From Epiperipatus broadwayi (taxonomy: Eukaryota > Animalia > Onychophora), in contig JAQFVV010000007.1 in the NCBI GenBank assembly GCA_028023455.1, positions 10,540,001 through 10,604,000 on the forward strand: a stretch of DNA of 64,000 nucleotides, read 5' to 3'. The translations under genes and the position numbers were made by a program. The first letter of the stretch is position 1. Every line of letters begins with the position of its first letter. Shown here piece after piece: positions 53,801 through 64,000 of the stretch. The notes beneath the pieces were generated by a model, which was given only the letters and a program-made list of their open reading frames with translations, did no database searches and was not told the DNA's origin.

Positions 53801-55412
53801 CATCACTTTGCAAATTTGTTATTTTGATGTATCTCTTCATATTTCTGAGTAACAATCATTTTTTAAATTAGTTTAAACATAAATATATGAAATAGTTCAA
53901 CTTCATGTTCCTGTTTTTCATGTATAATATACTTTTTTTAGATGTATTTAAAACTTCTAACATCACTATACATTCTTGATGTACATAAATAAAGATATCT
54001 AAAAAGGCAACTTTCTGCACTCATAATTTTGAGACTTATCATTATAAACAAATATATTAGTAATCATTGCCAATCACTTATTAATTTTTCTATATTTTAC
54101 CCCCCTCCCCATTTGTGTTAATTTGAGTTAATAGTTCAATAGTTTATTTTAGTATTAAAATTTTTATTCAATATTATAAGTTTATAAATGAAAAATATCC
54201 TAAAAATCATATTTTAACTTTACAAGTATAAAAAAATAGCAAAATAAAATAAAGTGGAATACATACAGGAACAGTTACTTTTTTTTAAATGGGTAGTTAA
54301 TGAAATGTTCAAATTAACAAAAAAAATTTTGATTGAACTTCATATTTTAAACATAAATGAATAATTATAAAGTCATCATAAATCTAGAAAATTCTGTTAT
54401 AAAATTTAAAATGTCATTTATAATTATTAAAATATAAAAATTTTGTACTGTGTTGCTTGACAGAATGTAACAGCCATTGTCTCTTTTTTATTGTTATTTT
54501 GAAGTTCTTAACTCTTGTTCTTAAAAATGAAATATTAAAAAAGTATATGTGAAAACATGAATACCTTTTAATAACTACTATATATATTTTGTAAAGATAA
54601 TCTGAAATATTATACAATTTCTTTGCTCATTGCTATACAAATTGAAAAGTTTACAAACTTGTTTATATGCCCAAGATCAAAGACATTCTAGGCTTTTGTC
54701 TGTTTATTTACAGTTTCCCTCTGTGAACAATTCTGCAGACTACTGACATCTGCAGATATTTTTTGAACTATATAAATCAACATTTGCTTTCTCTGACTTT
54801 TACTATCAGCTGAATGTAAAAATATCAAAACAGTTTCAAAATTGATTTCAAGCTGAAGCAAACAAGTGTCATCTATCCTACAGCTGAGAATCATTTCAGT
54901 AAACTACCGATTATTCCTAGCCAGACATAAATTCTAAACTTAGTCAAAAATAATATATCTTATTTTACAGATGTATCTGCATCTGAACCTTCATGCTCAT
55001 GTTAATTGTTTGATTATGTTCACTACATCATGCTCACACAAGATAGGGACTAGGTTCAACCTATTTTTAACATCCTGTGAAAAGGTGAACAATTAAGTAA
55101 CCATTTAATCAGACAACTCTTTCACACTATGCATAAAAAACAACATTTACTCATCAGATAAAATTTAACCAAAAGTATATGGAGTGACTCAATTTCATCT
55201 TTCTTTTTTCATGTGAAATAGCCTTTTTTAGATACATTAAAACTTTAATTTCATCACTCAATTCACATATCAAATTACAGAAAAATGGTGCAATCTTTTT
55301 GGATCATTGTAAGCAGTTATAAGTAAGTGACACTGTAGTTCAATTAGATTGCTCTATTGATATAGGGACACAATAATGTTTTGATTATTTTCCACATTTA
55401 GCATTATGTACT

Positions 55413-55445
<33 letters not shown>

Positions 55446-55554
55446 TGCACAAACACATTTAGATATGCATGCATAATTCAATTATCATGTACAGTATATA
55501 TGTATGAGATTACAATTTATGTGTATTAATGTATTGTTACTAATACATACTTAT

Positions 55555-55790
55555 AATAGAGGGGATTTGAACCCAGACTTTTAAGTTCCCTTTAGTCATC
55601 CACTCCATCTTATATAACTGATATATATAATCACATACATGTGAATAAGATAAATGATGAGTGCTGGTTCAGCATGAAATATGCATATTGGATTTTTTTT
55701 TCACATATATGTGATCGTGTGTATCTGTTATGTAAGATGGAGGGCATGACTAAAGGGAGCTTGAAAGTCCGGTTCAAATCCTTTCTAATT
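55555..55790. mobile_element. Family D inverted insertion containing an HHR motif (55654-55692, +)
   Basis: ggatttgaacccagacttt... mirrored by ...gaaagtccggttcaaatcc. Centre reads ATGATGA gtgctg gtt cagcat GAAA tatgcata T. Confidence 0.75.
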
Positions 55791-55854
55791 ATATCTAGCT
55801 TTAAATATAAATAATTTAATTATATATATATGTATAATAAAGTAAATCACAATG

Positions 55855-56005
55855 TGAATATATATGACATTAAACACAATCATTTTTTAAATAGTAAATG
55901 TTGTTATAGAAAATAAGACACACACACCATGAGGTGGAAGTGTGTGCTATTTACTATAACAACTTTTACTATTGAAAAATGATTGTGTTTAACATTATTT
56001 ATATA
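55855..56005. repeat. Inverted repeat with ~60-bp arms
   Basis: taaacacaatcatttttt.aatagtaaa...cacacac / gtgtgtg...tttactattgaaaaatgattgtgttta. Confidence 0.75.
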
Positions 56006-56009
56006 TATC

Positions 56010-56462
56010 ACCCCAGTCCAGCCAATGCTTAAAATTAACCAATAGATTATCAGAAATCTGTTGTCAAGACAATACTCAAATAGTAAATTAAAATCCAGAT
56101 TGCTGATATTTTATTAGTTTATTTTAACTATTGGCTGTGATATAATTTACATATAATAATCAATTACCTATGTGGACTTATGTCTTATTATATGTGAATG
56201 ATTGGGCAGTAGGTTGAAAGTTTGTAAAAATGATTATATATTAATCCATCTTCAAACAGTTTATCCTGATTAGTTTAATGAAGTTTATTTAAAACTTGCA
56301 TGCAGCTTTAATTTCAATGTTTAAATCAGTTGCTATCACTAAATGTCTATTTAAGATCTTAGATCCTGATATAATAAGTATATTATAATTTATTATATAA
56401 GTGTTACCTTGACAATAGATTGTAATATTTTATTGGTTAATTTTAAGCATTGGATGAGTGAT
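56010..56462. mobile_element. MITE with long imperfect TIRs
   Basis: cagccaatgcttaaaattaaccaata / tattggttaattttaagcattggatg. Same family as 19045-19310. Confidence 0.8.
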
Positions 56463-56641
56463 GTGATTTACATATGATAACAAATTATCTATGTGTAGTT
56501 ATGGTTTATATATATATAAAGTTTTTATGTTTATATATATATATATATAGTTGTTATATGTTTTTTGTTTCCATATTCTGCTATTTGAGATGTTAATATA
56601 AACTAATAATAATTGTATAAGTTTATTAATCTTGGACAACT

Positions 56642-57720
56642 CTATGTGTCCCCCAAAATAAGACCTAACCAAAAAATAAGCTCTAACATAATTTTTCAGG
56701 ATGCTTATAATATAAGCCTTACCATGAATATAAGCCCTAGTTAGAATCATTCGTCAAATAGATGGCTTTTGCTTGCCCATTAAAACACATGATGAATGTA
56801 TTGAGTTATAAAGTAATGAATATATAAATAAACAATATTATTGATATTAATGCTTTAAATAAAAAAGTAATATAAATTATAAGGTTCTTTTGTATTTTCC
56901 CATTGATGATTTTCAGTAAATGTAATTGTATCTGTATAGAAAAAAACAATTTATCTATCACAGGCAGAATATCAGACACTATATAATTTCATTTATGTAT
57001 TTTTAGATAATTATTTTATTTATATTTAGTACTTAGATTTAGAATGTTTGATTTAGTTTTAGAGTTTCATCAAGATCCCTTTTAAATATACAAGATAAAA
57101 GACAAATTAGTTTGACTTTTTAAACATTTTTTCCTCTTAAAAGACTTTATTAAAATAATGGAAGTGATTTTAATAATCAAAGTTTAGCTTAAGTTAAATT
57201 ATCAATCTCTCTTCTAAAAAAAGTTTTTAAAAAGAATTCTCAAGCAGGGCTATAATTTGGAAAGTGTTTACAATTTGTGTACTTGATAATGGATGGACAT
57301 GATTGTGCCATATATGAATCATTGTAATTCAATACACCATATATTATAATGGGCATGCTGAATGTGCATGTGTGAAATATAGAAACATTTTTTGAATTTT
57401 TGTGTTTACACTTTTTGTTGCTTTTGTGTGAACAAATCATTTTTTACTGTAATCATTTTTGTTAGCACTCTTGTCACACAAGTCATTCAATTAACACTTG
57501 ATTTAATGGTAAATTTAAATGGTATAACATTTTGATCAACAGATAAATTGTGGAGGGTTCCTGGGGTAATAATCTTACAGCTTTTTATAAAGACAAAAGA
57601 AGTAGTTGAATAAATATACCTTTTTGAACATGAAAAAATAAGACATCTGAAAATAAGCCCTTTTGGTATCTTTTGAAGCAAAAATAATATAAGTCCCAAT
57701 CTTATTTTTAGGGAAACATG
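56642..57720 (+). mobile_element. pogo/Tigger-like non-autonomous DNA transposon
   Basis: Imperfect TIRs ctatgtgtcccccaaaataaga / cttatttttagggaaacatg; repeated subterminal aaataag(a/c)cc motifs; homologous to 17170-18160. Confidence 0.65.
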
Positions 57721-58164
57721 ATATCTGATTTAATATAGGTATATTCAGATATTTTGATATTCAATGCCATATTTCCCATTTATTAATTTGGCAATATTAA
57801 TATTCATAATGGTTTTTATTTATTACAAATGTTTTATTTTTATAATAGCATTCAAGAATAGGAGCTAAATTTTTGAAGTTGGAAACTTTAAATGCTTTTT
57901 TATTGTTTCTAGAATTTTTTTTTTTTTTTTTTGATGAGGTAATGTGGTATTCACATATGGTAGGACTAAATTTATAGTCATGCTATTAAGGAATATATTG
58001 TTTTTATACAATATTATTTTATTAGTATTTCATACCCAAGAAACTTAGACATATGTGTAAATTATAAAAACACTGACCTGATTCCAGCTTCTACGACAAT
58101 TATAAAAAGCAAATTTATTCTTCCTTCACCAGTTCTGCCATCTAGCATAAGCTTGAGTAATCAA

Positions 58165-59545
58165 CAAATATGAAACCATGGTCAGGGATTGGGGGGGGGG
58201 GATTCCTGACAGAGATATTTTAAGTGCTAGCTCTGGCTAAGCATTTATCACAAAGCTTGTTGAGGAATTGGCAATTCTCATTGTTTATAACTTACAAGCT
58301 TAAGAGATAAGGTCATGTGATCTATGACTCTTATTTTGACTATTTATAGTCTCTGCCTTAAGTCTTATGCAATGTTATATTGCTAAGACTATTAATATAT
58401 GGTATGGCTGAAGATCTATCAGCCACATATAGCTATTTGAGTTGGATAGCTGAGTTTGAAGACATGTAGATGTCTGTTTTCCACTCAATAGATAACTTTT
58501 AGATATGTACTTGACTTTGGGTTGGTATTTTTAAATCTAGTGTCTGAACCTAACCTGGCACCTCTCTGAGGAGTGCCAAAGCAAGAAACCATGATAAGGG
58601 GTGCTGGCTCTGACTAAGCATTTATCACAGAGTTTTTTGAGGAATTGGCAATCCTCATTGTTTATAACTTACAAGCTTAAGAGACAGGGTCATGTGATCT
58701 ATGATTCTTATTTTGACTATTTATAGTTTCTGCCTTAAGTCTTATGCAATGTTATATTGCTATTAATATATGGTATGGCTGAAGATCTATCAGCCCCATA
58801 TAGCTATTTGAGTTGAATAGCTGGGTTTGAAGACATGTAGATGTCTGATTCCACTCAATAGATAACTTTTAGGTAGGTGCTTGGCTTTGGGTTGGTATTT
58901 TTATATCTAGTGTCTGAACCTACCCTAGTACATCTCTGAGGAGTGCCAAAGCATGAAACCATGGTGAGCGGTTTGGGGGGGGGGTTTACTGACAGAGATA
59001 TTTTAAGTTCTGTCTCTGGCTAAGCATTTATCACAAAACTTGTTGAGGAATTGGCAATCCTCATTGTTTATAACTTACAAGCTTAAGAGATAGGGTCATG
59101 TGATCTATGACTTTTATTTTGACTATTTATATTCTCTGCCTTAAGTCTTATGCAATATTATATTGCTAAGACTATTAATATATGGTATGACTGAAGATCT
59201 ATCAGCCCCATATAGCTATTTGAGTTGGATAGCTGGGTTTGAAGACATGTAGATGTCTGAAAATTTTAGATTCTCCACTCAATAGATAACTTTTAGATAG
59301 GTGCTTGGTTTTGGGTTGGTATTTTTAGATCTAGTGTCTGAACTACCCTGACATCTCTCTGAGGAGTGCAGAAAGCACGAAACCATGGGCAGGGGTTGGG
59401 GTGGTTCCTGACAGAGATATTTTAAGTGCTGGCTCTGGCTAAGCATTTATCACAAAACTTTTTGAGAAATTGGCAATCCTCATTGTTTATAACTTACAAG
59501 CTTAAGATATAAGGTCATGTGATCTATGTCTCTTATTTTAACTAG
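58165..59545 (+). mobile_element. Tandem array of ~3.4 family B units, each containing a minimal type I HHR motif (retrozyme-like)
   Basis: GAAACCATG at 58172, 58585, 58955 and 59379 (spacings 413, 370, 424). Unit motif: cctct CTGAGGA gtgc-caaa-gca(t/c) GAAA CCATGG TC agagg. Confidence 0.93.
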
Positions 59546-59939
59546 CTGATGATAGTGTTTAATAACCCATATCCATTGATGTCTGGGCCATATTTTCACG
59601 TAAGATTTTAGTTTATAACTGACTTTGATTGTTTACTAAGCTCTATATTATATTGTAGAATTGAAGTAGAAATTAATTTGCTGCATACATGTGCATTTGT
59701 TATTAGCTAATCCATATGTGTAAATGTGTATCTTCATCCAACCCTCCCCCCTAAATATATATACATGAAACCACTATGAAATTATGAATTTATATAGGTA
59801 CTTCTGTATATATATAATGCTTAGGGTAAACTGCGTTTATACAGAAGAAATTTGTGCATATATATGTATATATGTTTTATGAATTATATAATATTTAAAG
59901 TAAACATGGTTTTCCATTTTTTGTTGATATTAATGCATT

Positions 59940-61400
59940 TTCGGTGCCAACCACTATTATGATAGATATTCTTGATAAGTCTAGAGATAGCTTTATTACT
60001 GCTGTGACTATAGGATTCAGCACTGAAATGAGCTCAAAATGAGCTCAACAAAAAGCGAGAATTGTTGTTTTAAACGTTATATATATATACACACATACTT
60101 ATTAACATAATTTATGCCACCTAGTATGAAGGTAGTTTTTGCACTCCTCATGATATCTATATTTTTTATTAGTACCAATTATTGATAAATAAATCGTATA
60201 TCGGGTATAATTAAACCGCTGTCAACAGCTTCAGATTGGTAATTTTTTTTTAATTCCTTCACCCTTTTTTGTTTTTGTTTTCTGTTTCGGCTAATAATAG
60301 TAAGACAACCATTCACCATTCAGTAAATTATTTGAAGAAAAAACTTCTAAGCTTTGAAATTCGTAGGCGCTTAAAAAAAAAAAAAATCTAACTTCTATCT
60401 GAATTTGAACTTGAGATTGTGAACATGAAAGACAGATGAGAGGCCTTTATTTTATTTAGAATAGGGTCCTTTTTTACACATTACAACAACTCTTCATAAG
60501 AAAAGACAAATATAGATAGGTGGCTGAAATTAACGAAATAAATGCTAAATAACCCTGTATGGTTTGAGTAAGCGGTGTTATGTCACACTCTGAGGTGTGA
60601 GGCCTCCGGATAGCGTTAAGTTCTGCCACTTCCGGCAGTCGAACTTTTTATGAACTTCCGATCAATAAAACTATTTGATTTTTTGTGTCAGAAAGACATT
60701 TTATTTATTTATTTGACTGTTAAATGTAAAACCAATGCTGTTTGGGATAAATACGTGAATATTAGATTTAATTCTAAAGTAAAATAAAATATTTAATATG
60801 GTTTAAACATTTTTCTATTGCTTCACGATTATTTCCTGTGTTTGTGTTTTATATCTTTTCATCTTCATTCATCCCGGTCGTTCTTTTTATTTAATGAGAA
60901 TTTTTTCTCCCCCACAGATAGTATTATAATTTAATAGACAGATCAGACTTGTGTCAGGTTTTCACCGAATTTATTCCAATCAATAATAATAATTCAGTTT
61001 CTTATTCATTCTGGCTTGCGTAAAGATAACATGGCTGTGTGAATCTTTCATTTTGGCTTCAATATTACTTTGCAAATATATTTAAGCTATTGATCTTTCC
61101 CGTTCAAACTGGTTCAGCCATTATGGATTTTTTGGGTTTATATATAGGAACTCATCCAGGATAATTTTCAGGAAAGGCACTTTGGTCTAAAATGGCTGGT
61201 CATTTTGAAAGTTTGACCTGACCTAGCCCATTACTGAATTACTCATTCTGTTTAATTAGATACGTATACAGAATTATTTAAGAATACTTTTCAGTTTATG
61301 TGCGTATGTATATAGTGTAACACATTTCCATAAAGCTGCGCCGCAAACAATTTGTGAGAAAAATAATAAAGCAAAGAGATTTATTCCAAAAAAGTATAAA
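59940..61400. promoter_or_regulatory. CpG-retaining island with housekeeping-promoter motifs
   Basis: High CpG frequency; ETS-like acttccgg (~60628) and acttccga (~60654); YY1-like aaaatggc (~61189); candidate splice acceptor ttttttctcccccacag ending 60917. Confidence 0.45.
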
Positions 61401-64000
61401 TTAATAGATTTGTATTATAAATTTTGTCTGATGTGTGTTTATGGGTGTGTATATATCTATAATAAACTGAATCTCAACCACTACTATATGCAATATAAAA
61501 AGAATACAATAGGAGATACACTTTAATATTTAATTTAGTAACCTATTATAACTCTAGTGCATTAGCATCAAATTCATGATTATTAACCTTATAACAATTC
61601 ACAGTTAAATTATGTTGAATTGAATTAATATGAATAATTGTGACTATAGCGCTAATGGGTTGAATGTATACTGCATTACCAAAATAGATCTTTAAAGAAT
61701 GCATTCCATTAAATAACACGTTATTTAACCATGAATTGTTATAATGTTGATAATCATGAAAACAATGCTTATGCATTGATTCCACGCTACTAAAATAAAT
61801 ATTAAACTCTGCACACAATATCTTTATAGTATATGTATACGCACAAACAGAATTTTGATTGTATGTGTGGCTCATACATAGTAAGGAAAAGTGGATTGGC
61901 TATATATATATATATATATATTTCTTATTAACAGAGATAATTAGCAGTGAAACCTTTGTCTGCTTGTGTGAATGTATACATATATATTTATACCAACACA
62001 CAGAAATGCAGTATTGAACAAAGTAATGAAGTAGCTATAACATTTTGATATTATGTAGCACAGAAATGGAATAGATATTAATCATTCTATATGCCAATGT
62101 TTTTCTTTCTTTTCCTAGTGGCAGTTTGAGTTAATAAATTGTATTTGATTTATTAGAAATGAATGTTCACAAATAAAACACATACTAAGAAACATATTTG
62201 AATATTTTAAATATAGAAAAAAAAGTTAAATGCATGCATAATGAGAGTAATTACTTTTTTTTTATTGGCTGATTATAGCAATGCTATTGAAGAAAAAGTA
62301 AATTAATCAAATCTTTGTTGATTGAATTTAGTATCTGAGTACAGAAGAAATTATTGATGAATCATCACAAAGCTATGAAATTCTGTTCTAAAATTTAAAA
62401 TTACTTTTATAGTTATAAAAATATCACAAAAGCTTTGTACTAAGATGGTGATGGAGTATGATTGTAGTTTTCTTTTTATCATTACTTCAAATATTTTAAT
62501 TTTAATTTTTAAAGTAAACTTTTTTTTTTTTTTAAAAAAGGATAAACATGAGTATATTTGTTTTTTTTTTTTTTAATAATTACAATATGAATTTTTTAAA
62601 AATATTCATAAATATTTAAATAAACTATGGCAAGAATACATTTTTTGCTCATAGTTACAATAATTGAAGAGAGTTTACAAGTCTGTATATACATTCTAGA
62701 TCAAAGAATCTGCCAATTAATGATGCTCTGGCTCTTGTTAACTCATTCATAGATTTTTCCATAGACTACTAACATCTTCAGATTTTATTTTGAATTAACA
62801 AATTATTTCTTTCACATTTTTAATCATCAAATGAACATAAAACCAGAAAAGGGGTGCTAAAGATAACCATAAGAGATTGGTTGCAATGCAGTGTGATGCA
62901 CAGCATCTCCTTAATCAAGTCAGGAGTCTCTCAGCCACTATACCCAGAGAAATCTGTTAACCACCTTCAATTTTCTACCTTAAGTTTTTCCCATATTCTT
63001 TTCTATTCTGCTCTATCCCATATCTACAATATTATGTTTGCCCATGTTATGTTCTTTATATCTAGATCCCCCTTATCATTCTCCAAATGAATCCAAGAAG
63101 CCATTTTCTATATAATCACTTTATATTTATTCTCTCACAACTTCATAATTTGTAACCTTTCTGTTTGTTTTACATTCAATTGAAACTAAATCTCAGCAGT
63201 GTCACCACAGTGCAGAATGATAACTTGGAGCTCAGAATCTTTAAATTATTTTAATATTTTTTACCTGTAAATATCTAAAAAAAATTAAAAAAAAAACCCT
63301 GACTGCTAATTTATACCATTTCAGAAGCTTCTGGAAATGTCTGAACCATTGTAAATTACATAACAATATTAAATGACACGACTGTATTTTCTAATGAGAA
63401 GAAAATCTAAAAAAAAAAACCCAATTGCAGCCAAAAATGAATGCTTATTGAGAGAAATTTATGAGTAATTATGAAGGCCTGTAACCAAAAAGATCGGAAC
63501 TGCTATAGAATAAACCATTGCTATTATCACCATAATTCAGCACAGGGTATAGTATATCTGAAGAATTCACCATTAAAAACTGTAACAAAATATTTATAGT
63601 TGATCCATTATTTTTAAACTACTTGTTCCTCATGTAATTGCATGTGTCTCAGTATGTAAACACAATGGTATGATGAGTATAAAAACTGAATATTGGATCA
63701 ATGTATGTCTTATTGTATGGTTCACATTTTCCCCAACCACCGAAAAGATTTGCTTGAAGCAACATAGTATTTGTTTTTGGGAAGTTACTGCACTTTATGA
63801 TCATCTTACTGCAAAGGCACCTACTTGGCTATTTTGGGAAGAATTAGCTTATCCACTACCCAGGAAGTGTTTTGATCATTAATGACATCTTATTAGATAA
63901 TAATGTTACAATTTATATAGTTTATATACATGAAGATAGTGCAATTCATATTTTACATCCATTAAAATTTGCCCAGTTTAAATATTGTGCCTGAATTGGA

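Noticed and set aside
58165-59545. Tandem array as a CRISPR-like locus
   Set aside because: Whole ~400-bp units repeat with no unique spacers or cas genes, and the context is eukaryotic.
63670-63882. 70-aa ORF as a host exon
   Set aside because: No recognisable domain or clear splice sites; may be a TE relic.

Overview
AT-rich, strongly CpG-depleted eukaryotic (probably invertebrate animal) intergenic or intronic DNA. I could not support any host protein-coding exon. The window is dominated by mobile DNA: one full-length RTE-clade LINE (37068-40287; 10-bp TSD, two nonsense mutations) whose first base begins an HDV-like ribozyme fold; several truncated RTE copies; a decayed Penelope-like element (RT plus GIY-YIG, ~28240-29420) with its own decayed hammerhead; mariner, pogo and hAT remnants; a SPIN/URR1-like hAT MITE with a nested hAT MITE; and a short tRNA-Gly-derived SINE. 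The most notable signal is a set of non-coding ~380-480 bp repeat families (called A, B, C, D here) carrying minimal type I hammerhead ribozyme (HHR) motifs with palindromic stem III. They occur as tandem arrays and as tandem-plus-inverted insertions, many with 10-15 bp TSDs, which resembles non-LTR retrozymes or Penelope pseudo-LTRs. Families A and C have a conserved non-canonical A.A apposition at the base of stem II, with covariation in stems I and II. Several CpG-retaining islands look like unmethylated regulatory regions. All folds and alignments were done by eye and no activity has been tested.
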